A DNA stretch of 64,000 nucleotides from Candidatus Aenigmatarchaeota archaeon (GTDB taxonomy: Archaea; Aenigmatarchaeota; Aenigmatarchaeia; CG10238-14), in the NCBI GenBank assembly GCA_018920345.1, contig JAHLMN010000007.1, forward strand, positions 2-64,001. Reading direction: 5' to 3'. How positions within the stretch are numbered: position 1 is the stretch's first letter; each line of letters opens with the position of its first letter. The translations under genes were made by a program, and so were the position numbers. The notes below the pieces were generated by a model. It worked only from the letters and a program-made list of their open reading frames with translations. It made no database searches and was not told the origin of the DNA. Shown piece after piece: positions 19,568-27,557 of this stretch.

Positions 19568-21430
19568 TTAACCTATAAAAATAGGTCTTTTAGATAATTT
19601 TTTTGGTAAAGTTAAATCTTTAAAAGGTTTATCTCTTGTTAATTCATTTATTTCATTAACTATTTCTTCAAAAGTCATTTTCTTTTCAATGCTCTTTGAT
19701 TCTCTTTTTCTTACATTAAATTCTCCACTTTCTTTTTCTCTTCTTCCTATTACAAGCACATAAGGGATCCACTCCATTTCTGCATCTCTCACTTTTTTTT
19801 CAATTCTTTCACTTCTATCATCTATATCAACTCTTATTTTGTGTTGCTCAAAATTTTTAGCTAACTCTTCACAATAACTTATATAATCTTGATTTATCGG
19901 ACACAATCTAATTTGTGTTGGTGAAAGCCATAAAGGCAATCGAGGATTTTCTCCTTTTTGTGAAAGCATATGTGCTTTCTCTAGCATAGCATAAAAACAT
20001 CTTTCTAGACTTCCTGACGGCGAACAGTGCAGTATATATGGATTTTTCTTTTTACCATCTTCATCTACATATTCTATACCAAATCTCTTTGCATTCTCGT
20101 GATCAATCTGAACTGTTGTTAACGCTGATGCTTTATCCATAGAATCTATAAAGTTAAATTCAAACTTTGGATCAAAGTATGCATATCTAAAATTCCACAT
20201 TTCTATTAATACTGGTTTGTTGACAAGTTTAACCAAAGATATTACAAAATCTTTATTTTCTCTCCAAAATTCTTGAGTAAATCTTATTGCTACTTCAAAA
20301 TCGTTTATGCTTAGATCTAAATCTTTTAATGTTTCTATACCCAACTTGAATTGATTGTAAAATTCTTGCTTAGCTGATTCTAAATCACGACATAATGTAT
20401 GCATATCAGGCATACTAAATGCTCTTAGTCTTCTTAATCCAACTAGTTCGCCTGCTTTTTCAAGTCTAAAGGAATATCTTGTTAACTCAAACACTTTCAT
20501 TGGCAAATCTTTGTAAGAAATATTTGAAGCAGCCATTGTTAAAAATTGACCAAAACATGCAGCAAATCTTAAAAAGTATTTTTTCTTAGCTGACTCTAGT
20601 ATATATTGGCGAGCAGGAAATCTATTCAAATATTCTTTTAGTGCAGGATGCTCATAATCATACATTATAGGAGTTTCGACTTCCATTGCTCCATATTTGA
20701 TAACTTTTTGTGTTATCCATTGCTCCATTAAACTTTTCATCAATCTTCCTTTAGGTAAAAACCTAAAATTACCTGGATCTGAGCCAGGTTCGTAATCCAC
20801 AAGTTCTAAAGCCTTCATTAGTTTTACATGTGGTGGTACAATAGAAACAGCTCTAACTTTAGCATATTCATAATCAAAAAATTTCTTCAAGTTTTCATGA
20901 CCTTTATAATCGAATTTAGTTGCATCAACTAATTTACCTTCAGGTGTCAATATATACCATTCTGATTTTACTTTTTCTTCTTGTTTTAGAGATTGTGAAA
21001 CTTCTTCCTCTTTTGCTTCTTCTACCTTAAATACTTTTAATTGCTCAGCTAAAGGATGTGCTTTTATCTTTAAATGAAATTGCTTATTCCAACCAAAAGG
21101 AGCTCTATAAACTTCTAACCCAGCCTTTCTGCTAAATTCCTCCATCTTTTTTATTATAGATAAAGCTTCAGAAGGTTTTGCTAAATTAGAGCTCAAATGA
21201 GCATATGGGTATATCAATATCTTATTGACCTTTAAAACTTTCAAAGACTCCCTTATTTGATCTATAACATTCTTAGCTAATGATTCTGTATCTCCTTCCT
21301 CTACAGCTGTAAATAGAACGACTATATCTTCTAGCTTAACCTGTTTTTTTTCAATTTTTTCTGCTGCCTCAATCTCTTTTTCTATAGGCAAATATTCTAT
21401 AAAGTCCACATGTTGTTGTAATATTCTCAC
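19568..21430 (-). CDS. thrS: Threonyl-tRNA synthetase, archaeal type with N-terminal editing domain
   Basis: Archaeal ThrRS-like N-terminal region, class II catalytic core and C-terminal anticodon-binding domain. GTG start overlaps the upstream stop (GTGA). Confidence 0.9.
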   Translation of the reverse strand: MRILQQHVDFIEYLPIEKEIEAAEKIEKKQVKLEDIVVLFTAVEEGDTESLAKNVIDQIRESLKVLKVNKILIYPYAHLSSNLAKPSEALSIIKKMEEFSRKAGLEVYRAPFGWNKQFHLKIKAHPLAEQLKVFKVEEAKEEEVSQSLKQEEKVKSEWYILTPEGKLVDATKFDYKGHENLKKFFDYEYAKVRAVSIVPPHVKLMKALELVDYEPGSDPGNFRFLPKGRLMKSLMEQWITQKVIKYGAMEVETPIMYDYEHPALKEYLNRFPARQYILESAKKKYFLRFAACFGQFLTMAASNISYKDLPMKVFELTRYSFRLEKAGELVGLRRLRAFSMPDMHTLCRDLESAKQEFYNQFKLGIETLKDLDLSINDFEVAIRFTQEFWRENKDFVISLVKLVNKPVLIEMWNFRYAYFDPKFEFNFIDSMDKASALTTVQIDHENAKRFGIEYVDEDGKKKNPYILHCSPSGSLERCFYAMLEKAHMLSQKGENPRLPLWLSPTQIRLCPINQDYISYCEELAKNFEQHKIRVDIDDRSERIEKKVRDAEMEWIPYVLVIGRREKESGEFNVRKRESKSIEKKMTFEEIVNEINELTRDKPFKDLTLPKKLSKRPIFIG

Positions 21431-21750
21431 AACATCGCCTCATTATTTTTTATACCTATAGATTTAAATTTCATACTAAATGCCATTTTTTCTAAAAACA
21501 TTTTTTCAAGCATACTTTGTCTTCCAAAACCTTTTTTTGAAATAGATACAGCTATACCATATTTTTCTATCCATCTTGATTTAAAATATAATTTTTCAGG
21601 CATGGTTATTAATTGCAAATTACAACACTTTTGAATTATAATTTTTATCAGTTTTTTACTGGCAAACTTCCTTAAATGAACAATTTTTGTTTTATCATCA
21701 AGTTTTGAAATATCAGAATAACTAGAAATAGAGACTTGTTTTACATTCAC
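21427..21750 (-). CDS. Hypothetical protein (possibly DUF1699-like), translationally coupled to thrS
   Basis: 107-aa ORF with a 4-nt overlap onto thrS. The pattern IVHLRKF...IIQKCCNLQLITMP resembles my recollection of an archaeal DUF, unverified. Confidence 0.5.
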   Translation of the reverse strand: MNVKQVSISSYSDISKLDDKTKIVHLRKFASKKLIKIIIQKCCNLQLITMPEKLYFKSRWIEKYGIAVSISKKGFGRQSMLEKMFLEKMAFSMKFKSIGIKNNEAML

Positions 21751-21824
21751 CTTGTCCGATTTTCACCCATTCCTCTCACTTTTAATGATATTTGTTTAAA
21801 TGTTTTTAAGCTTAATTAATTGCC

Positions 21825-22265
21825 TCAAAAGAAAAAACCAAACCAATACCAAGATAATGTCCCTATGCTACCTACAACTATCATTAAAGATGCAAAAAGT
21901 TTGTTTTGATCAACATATTTTAATGAAATGTTTATGCCGGCTGAATATAAAGAAAGCCATACCCACCAATATATTAGAAAGTTTACTAAACTGTTGACAA
22001 AACCAAAATGCCAAGCAAAAATTGTAGATAATATTAGAGAAACAAAAAATCCCATTATTGTCATCAAAGAGTGCATTTGTGTGTCTTCTTCATTTGCTAT
22101 TATACCTGCTACAAGAGAGGTTTCTGCCAAGATAGCAAAAAAGGAATATATGGTGTTTTTAGGTGACCATAAAAATATGAATAAAGCTAAAAAAGCTGGA
22201 AGCAGCACAAATACTGTACCAACAACTCTTATAAAAACTTTATTCCAATCAACACTATAAAGCAT
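21825..22265 (-). CDS. Hypothetical integral membrane protein (about 4 TM helices)
   Basis: Four hydrophobic segments, Trp/Phe-rich. No recognisable family. Confidence 0.55.
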   Translation of the reverse strand: MLYSVDWNKVFIRVVGTVFVLLPAFLALFIFLWSPKNTIYSFFAILAETSLVAGIIANEEDTQMHSLMTIMGFFVSLILSTIFAWHFGFVNSLVNFLIYWWVWLSLYSAGINISLKYVDQNKLFASLMIVVGSIGTLSWYWFGFFF

Positions 22266-22363
22266 TTTTTCACCTGGCTCTAATATTGGTACTAATTAAT
22301 TATTGCAACATCTTATTTAAAATTAACAAAAAGTTTATATTCAAGAAAGCAAAATAAGAATTC

Positions 22364-22681
22364 ATGAATATTCAACTTGTAGGTTTTGACAAATTTTCAA
22401 TAGAAATTAAAGATGATGTTAGAAAAATTTGTAATAGGTTGATTGATAAATATAAAAAAATTTTTGATGAAAAATCTATAAAGACTTTCAAATTATCTGT
22501 TGATAAATTAAGAGAAAGGGGAGATCATACACTTTTTGAAATAAAATGTTATTTCGAAACTACACATGGCCTTTTTTATGCTGTACATAGTGACTGGAAA
22601 GTCATTGACGCAGTAGAAAGAGTTGTAGAAGAAATACAAAGACAAATAATAGAAAAAAAAGAAAAAACAAAAGGAAAGTGA
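22364..22681 (+). CDS. Ribosome hibernation/S30AE-family (HPF/RaiA/YfiA)-like protein
   Basis: By-eye alignment to E. coli HPF/YfiA: MNIQLVG vs MQLNITG, EIKDDVRKICNRLIDKYKKIFD vs EITEALREFVTAKFAKLEQYFD, DWKVIDAVERVVEEIQRQIIEKKEK vs DMYAAIDGLIDKLARQLTKHKDK. Same ~100-aa length. Confidence 0.55.
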   Translation: MNIQLVGFDKFSIEIKDDVRKICNRLIDKYKKIFDEKSIKTFKLSVDKLRERGDHTLFEIKCYFETTHGLFYAVHSDWKVIDAVERVVEEIQRQIIEKKEKTKGK

Positions 22682-22718
22682 AATATTTAAGATTTTTATG
22701 ATTCCTATTATTATTCAT

Positions 22719-22810
22719 AGCCCCGTCGTCTAGATGGCTCAAGCCAGGACAATGGCCAAGGATAGCGGGCTTTGGACCCGTTGACAGCGGTTCGAATCCG
22801 CTCGGGGCTA
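22719..22810 (+). tRNA. tRNA-Gln(UUG) with an ~18-nt non-canonical intron in the D-loop. No encoded CCA.
   Basis: Acceptor AGCCCCG/CGGGGCT, A73, D-stem GTCT/GGAT, anticodon arm GCGGG-CTTTGGA-CCCGT, T-arm AGCGG-TTCGAAT-CCGCT. The D-loop holds 18 extra nt (CTCAAGCCAGGACAATGG) flanked by an ATGG(C) direct repeat. Confidence 0.85.
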
Positions 22811-22816
22811 TATAAA
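22809..22816 (+). promoter_or_regulatory. Candidate TATA box (TATATAAA) for a leaderless trm9-like/ncsA transcript
   Basis: Centred about 26 nt upstream of the ATG at 22839, and overlaps the last two nt of tRNA-Gln. Confidence 0.35.
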
Positions 22817-22838
22817 TTTGTGTTCTTTTATTAGTTTT

Positions 22839-23474
22839 ATGCAACTAAAATATGTTTACGAAGAAATAGCAGAGTCTTGGAGCAATTTTAGAAATAAGCC
22901 TGTCTCTTTTATTCCATTCGAAAAAATAAAAGGCAGTGTATTGGATGTTGGTTGCGGAAATGCAAGAAATGTAATACCTCTCGCGAAGAAAGGATTATGG
23001 TGCGTGGGTGTTGATTTTTCAAAAAATATGATTAAAAATGCTATAAAACTTTGTCAAAAAAACAAAGTAGAAATTGATTTTGTTATAGCTGACGCGTCTA
23101 GGCTTCCTTTTAAAATTAAAGTATTTGACAATTGCATTTGTATAGCAACTTTGCATCATTTAGAAACTAGAGAAAAAAGAATTCAATCTCTAAAAGAAAT
23201 GAATTTTGTCACAAAAAATTCAATTTATATAAGTGTTTGGTATAGATGGCAGCTCTATCATTTGATAAACCTTATTAAGAATTTTTGGCGTTGTGGAGAT
23301 GTTTATGTCGATTGGAGAAAAAAAGACAAAGTATTAAAAAGATTTTATCATCTTTATACAAAAAAAGAGTTTGAGAAAGATATTTTGTCAGCAGGATTAA
23401 AGATTAAAGAGATTAAAATTGTTGAAGAAAACAAAAAGAAAAACTTGTTTGCACAGTGTAGGGCGAGTAAATGA
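22839..23474 (+). CDS. trm9: Class I SAM-dependent methyltransferase, Trm9/ALKBH8-MT-like (tRNA mcm5U34 methyltransferase candidate)
   Basis: YVYEEIAESWSNFRNKP resembles the Trm9 VYExIAxHFSxTRxKPWP block. SAM motif VLDVGCGNARN. C-terminal RFYHLYTKKEFE resembles the Trm9 RYYHxFxxGEL block. Confidence 0.65.
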   Translation: MQLKYVYEEIAESWSNFRNKPVSFIPFEKIKGSVLDVGCGNARNVIPLAKKGLWCVGVDFSKNMIKNAIKLCQKNKVEIDFVIADASRLPFKIKVFDNCICIATLHHLETREKRIQSLKEMNFVTKNSIYISVWYRWQLYHLINLIKNFWRCGDVYVDWRKKDKVLKRFYHLYTKKEFEKDILSAGLKIKEIKIVEENKKKNLFAQCRASK

Positions 23475-24391
23475 AGAAATGTAGCAGATGTAAAAATAAA
23501 GCAATATATTTTAGAGTAAACGAAGGTCGATATTATTGTGGTAAATGTTTTTCTAAAAACATAGAAGATAGAGTTAAAAGAACTATAAGAAAATTTAATC
23601 TTGTAAAAGATGGTGATAAGATAGTCGTTGGTTTATCAGGAGGGAAAGATTCTTCAAATACATTGTATATTTTAAAGAAAATATTTGGGCATAATCCAAA
23701 AATAAAAATAATTGCTGTTACAATTGATGAAGGAATAAAAGGATATAGAGATAAAACATTGAAGGGTTGTGTTGAATTTTGCAAAAGACTTGGTATAGAG
23801 CATCATATTATATCATTTGAAGATTCTTTCCATTTAACTGTTGATAAAATTGCAAAAAAAAGCAAAGACAAGGGTATGTGTAGTTTTTGTGGCGTTTTTA
23901 GAAGATATTTGCTAAACAAAAAGGCAAGAGAATTAGGTGCAAACAAAATAGCTGTTGGTCATAATCTTGACGATGAGGCACAAAGCATACTAATGAATGT
24001 ATTTAAAGGAGATTTATTAAGACTTGCTAGATTTGGTGCTGAGCCGAAACTAAAAGAGCACTCAAAATTTATACCAAGAATAAAACCACTTATAATGATA
24101 CCTGAAAAAGAATCTGCTCTTTATGCAATAATAAACAATATACCCGCTTATTTTGATGAATGCCCTTATGCAGTTTTTAACCCTCTAAGAATGGAAACTA
24201 GAGATTTCTTAAATAAACTTGAAGATAGATCTCCTGGTATAAAATATTCTATAATAAACAGTGGCGAAAAGATTGCAAAAATATTGAGAAAAAACATTAA
24301 AGTTGGAAATATAGGGACATGTGAAAATTGTGGTGAACCAAGCTCAGAAAAAATTTGTAAAGCATGTAAAATCATTGAAGAGTTTCTATAG
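23471..24391 (+). CDS. ncsA: tRNA 2-thiolation protein NcsA/Ncs6/Ctu1 family (PP-loop ATPase with zinc fingers)
   Basis: N-terminal CxxC...CxxC, PP-loop GLSGGKDSS, HNLDDEAQS, C-terminal CENCGEPSSEKICKAC. 4-nt overlap with the upstream methyltransferase gene. Confidence 0.88.
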   Translation: MKKCSRCKNKAIYFRVNEGRYYCGKCFSKNIEDRVKRTIRKFNLVKDGDKIVVGLSGGKDSSNTLYILKKIFGHNPKIKIIAVTIDEGIKGYRDKTLKGCVEFCKRLGIEHHIISFEDSFHLTVDKIAKKSKDKGMCSFCGVFRRYLLNKKARELGANKIAVGHNLDDEAQSILMNVFKGDLLRLARFGAEPKLKEHSKFIPRIKPLIMIPEKESALYAIINNIPAYFDECPYAVFNPLRMETRDFLNKLEDRSPGIKYSIINSGEKIAKILRKNIKVGNIGTCENCGEPSSEKICKACKIIEEFL

Positions 24392-24476
24392 TTTCATCGT
24401 ATAGATCCTCTAAAAGTTTTGCTAAATTTCTTTTTGGCAAATTAGCTTCTACTCTATATTCTAATGTCTTAATCAT
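24372..24476 (-). CDS. Candidate 34-aa small protein
   Basis: Own translation: MIKTLEYRVEANLPKRNLAKLLEDLYDETIETLQ. The ATG follows GAGGA and sits 5 nt after the upstream small-ORF stop. Overlaps the ncsA 3' end. Weak evidence. Confidence 0.25.
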   Translation of the reverse strand: MIKTLEYRVEANLPKRNLAKLLEDLYDETIETLQ

Positions 24477-24481
24477 AATCC

Positions 24482-24652
24482 TCACTTTTTCTTATAACCA
24501 TTTTCTATCTCTTCGATCTTTTGTTGAAGAAATGCTATTCTATCTTGTAAATATTTTAACTGTCTAACATTCTTTGCCTTGAAAAGTTGAGCTTTAGTAT
24601 TGAATAGCTCTTCTCTGTAAAATCTTAACTTTAGTAAATCTCTTTTGTCCAT
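24482..24652 (-). CDS. Candidate 56-aa coiled-coil small protein
   Basis: Own translation: MDKRDLLKLRFYREELFNTKAQLFKAKNVRQLKYLQDRIAFLQQKIEEIENGYKKK. Below the 60-aa ORF-track cutoff. Fills an otherwise empty intergenic gap. Confidence 0.35.
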   Translation of the reverse strand: MDKRDLLKLRFYREELFNTKAQLFKAKNVRQLKYLQDRIAFLQQKIEEIENGYKKK

Positions 24653-24767
24653 TTAAATCACTATATTACTTTATAGTGATACTTATATATAAATGTTACT
24701 ACTCTAAAATAGAAATATTTTTTTATAATTATTAAAGTAAATAAATATTAGCATACTACTGATATTA

Positions 24768-26375
24768 ATGCAAGAAAAAGAGTTTGCTAAACTTTTCTTT
24801 AAAGAGTTTAAAAGAAGAGACATAAAAAGTAAAGAAGATGTTGCTAAACTTAAGAGAGAGCTCTGTATAAAGCTGAAAATAAATGAAGAGCCCACCAATC
24901 CTGATATATTAAAATATGCTAGCGAAAAATTCATAGAAAAATATGGCGAATTAATGGGAATAAAACCTACTAGAACTATATCAGGTGTAGCCACTATAAC
25001 TGTTTCTTGCAAGCCAGGCTATTGTGGAGGAAGATGCACTTATTGTCCTCCTATGAGTAAAATAGTGCCTAAAAGCTATTCTGCCAATGAGCCTGCTATT
25101 CAGAGGGCTATAAGAAATAGATATGATCCTTATAAGCAAGTAAGAGACAGGCTAAACCAATACAAGATAATGGGTCATCCTACTGATAAGATAGAGATAA
25201 TTGTAATAGGCGGGACATTTCTTGCTTTGGAAAAAGACTATCAATATAAATTCATTAAAGGTATTTTCGATGGCTTAAACGGCAAAAGAAGCTCTAGCTT
25301 GGAAGAGGCTAAAAAATTAAATGAAACAGCAAAACATAGGTGTGTAGGCTTAACTATAGAAACAAGACCTGATTATTGCTTCGAGGAGCATGTTGATAGG
25401 CTACTTGATTTTGGCTGCACAAGAGCTGAGATAGGCATACAATCGATATATAATGATGTCCTGGATAGAGTAAAAAGAGATCATCATGTTGAGGAAAGCA
25501 TCAAAGCAATACAAATAGCAAAAGACAGCTCTTTTAAGATTATAGCCCATATAATGCCTTTTTTACCGGGATCAAATGTTGAGAGAGATATAAAGATGTT
25601 TGAAGAAATTTTCACAAATCCAGATTTACAAGTCGATGAATTCAAGATATATCCTTGTGTTGTTGTGCCTGGTACAGAACTTTACAAAGAATGGAAAGAA
25701 GGTAAATACAATCCGCCTACTTTAGAAGAAACAATAAGGGTTATAGTAGAAATGAAAAAAATTGCACCGCCATGGATAAGATTTAGAAGGATATTTAGAG
25801 ATATACCAGCTAATGAGATAGCAGCAGGGCCTAAAAAAAGTAACTTGAGAGAGCTTGCTATAAGTGAATTGAAAAAGCAAGGAAAGAGATGTAGATGCAC
25901 TAGATGTAGAGAACCTGGACATGCAAAAAAGATTTATGGTGTGGATGTAGACGAAAAAGAGATAAAGCTAGTAAGAAGAGATTATGATGCTTCTGGTGGT
26001 AAAGAAATATTTCTATCATTTGAAGATACAAAAAATGATGTGTTGATCGCTTTACTAAGGCTAAGGATGCCTTACAAGCCACATAGAAAAGAGATTGATG
26101 ATAAAACAGCCTTGATAAGAGAAGTTCATACATATGGAAAAATGGTGCCTATAAATAAAGATGATGTTAATGGTTGGCAACATAGGGGTTTTGGTTCTTT
26201 ATTGCTTAGAGAAGCTGAAAGGATTGCTAGAGAAGAATTTGATAAGAAGAAGATGATAGCAATATCCGGAGTAGGCGTAAGGCATTGGTTTATGAAGTAT
26301 GGCTACGAGCATGAAGGGCCTTTTATGAGCAAAACAATCCTAAAAGATAATTTTTTTGTTGACAAGAAACATTAG
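24768..26375 (+). CDS. elp3: Elongator protein 3 homologue (radical SAM plus GNAT; tRNA cm5U34 synthase)
   Basis: Radical SAM CGGRCTYC (CX3CX2C), GGTFLAL, GLTIETRPDY, GCTRAEIGIQS, and the C-terminal GNAT block QHRGFGSLLLREAERIA. Confidence 0.92.
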   Translation: MQEKEFAKLFFKEFKRRDIKSKEDVAKLKRELCIKLKINEEPTNPDILKYASEKFIEKYGELMGIKPTRTISGVATITVSCKPGYCGGRCTYCPPMSKIVPKSYSANEPAIQRAIRNRYDPYKQVRDRLNQYKIMGHPTDKIEIIVIGGTFLALEKDYQYKFIKGIFDGLNGKRSSSLEEAKKLNETAKHRCVGLTIETRPDYCFEEHVDRLLDFGCTRAEIGIQSIYNDVLDRVKRDHHVEESIKAIQIAKDSSFKIIAHIMPFLPGSNVERDIKMFEEIFTNPDLQVDEFKIYPCVVVPGTELYKEWKEGKYNPPTLEETIRVIVEMKKIAPPWIRFRRIFRDIPANEIAAGPKKSNLRELAISELKKQGKRCRCTRCREPGHAKKIYGVDVDEKEIKLVRRDYDASGGKEIFLSFEDTKNDVLIALLRLRMPYKPHRKEIDDKTALIREVHTYGKMVPINKDDVNGWQHRGFGSLLLREAERIAREEFDKKKMIAISGVGVRHWFMKYGYEHEGPFMSKTILKDNFFVDKKH

Positions 26376-27492
26376 CTAAATATTCTATTATAGTTTTCCA
26401 ATTGTCTCTGGCAAAAATCCAACTATCTATATGATTATATGTTTGTTCAACAAAAAAATCTTCCTGTTTCAATAAATCAGATAATATTTTTAAAATATCT
26501 TTAACACTATTCGTTTTATTTTTTTTATATGAATAACATCTTGCAGCTTTAGAAATTCTTTCTCTTGTATCTTTTAAAACACCCTCTGTCTGTTCTCTTA
26601 TATATTGTTTGAGTTCATCTAAAGGTAAACTTGGTTGACTTAATAATTTATTAACTACTCTTTCGACTATTATCCCTATTATCTCACCTTTTATAACATC
26701 AACAATATATCCGGGTCTTTTTCTATGTATTACACGGGCATTTGGTGTATAAACATTTATACAACCACTATTCATTTTTTGATTTAAATATGCTTGAATT
26801 TCATCTTCTCCTCTCATTGATATATCTGTTATCGAAGAAATATAAGGTATTAAAAGGGCTTCGTCACATCTAGATAAATTTCCCCCTCTTGCACCTTCAA
26901 TACCATATTTGAAATTTTCAAAAACTTTGGCAGGTGTAATTGCACGTATGATATTTTCAATTTCTGAATTTTTTGGATTTTTTAAATAATTGATCAGCGT
27001 CTCTATACCCACATAAGAGTCGTGGTTTTCATAAGGACCTGTGACAAGAGTAATTTTTTTCCCTTTATTTGTTGTGGTTCCTAAAAGTCTAATATGCTCT
27101 TTAAAAAAGCCTTCCTTAACCTCTTCGTCATCATCTAAATTTATAACACCAACATTATATTTATTGCAAAATAAAACAGCTAGAGCTGTTAATAAATTTC
27201 TAGCACCACCATATGTTCTAAAATTGAATAAAGCTTCTAGCTTTTGTCTATTAAAACATAATTTATTGTTTAATAATAAAATAATTCTTTTCATATTATC
27301 TGGACCAAAATAAAAAATATTATTAAAACCAAAAATATCTCTCCACAAAGGTGCAATAGTGGGATCATCGGTTTGACCAAAAACAATTATTGGAAATTGT
27401 TGATATGTAGGCTCATTAAAAATAGAATATAGACATCTATAAACTTCTGCTCCTCTTTCTCGGGTGGTCGGTATAGTAACTACATAATCCAT
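26323..27492 (-). CDS. Uncharacterised protein with GT-A-like glycosyltransferase features (DxD)
   Basis: N-terminal VVTIPTTRE strand, YGGARN, and the acidic NLDDDEE cluster are reminiscent of nucleotide-sugar GT-A enzymes. The C-terminal ~120 aa look helical. Family not identified. Confidence 0.45.
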   Translation of the reverse strand: MDYVVTIPTTRERGAEVYRCLYSIFNEPTYQQFPIIVFGQTDDPTIAPLWRDIFGFNNIFYFGPDNMKRIILLLNNKLCFNRQKLEALFNFRTYGGARNLLTALAVLFCNKYNVGVINLDDDEEVKEGFFKEHIRLLGTTTNKGKKITLVTGPYENHDSYVGIETLINYLKNPKNSEIENIIRAITPAKVFENFKYGIEGARGGNLSRCDEALLIPYISSITDISMRGEDEIQAYLNQKMNSGCINVYTPNARVIHRKRPGYIVDVIKGEIIGIIVERVVNKLLSQPSLPLDELKQYIREQTEGVLKDTRERISKAARCYSYKKNKTNSVKDILKILSDLLKQEDFFVEQTYNHIDSWIFARDNWKTIIEYLANVSCQQKNYLLGLFCS

Positions 27493-27557
27493 GAAAAAAT
27501 TGAAAAAGTTATTTTTTTATAATTAACTTTTTCAATATCTTTTTTATAATATTTTTC

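Noticed and set aside
22602-22844. 80-aa minus-strand ORF
   Set aside because: It overlaps tRNA-Gln and the 3' end of the HPF-like gene, so it is an antisense artefact.
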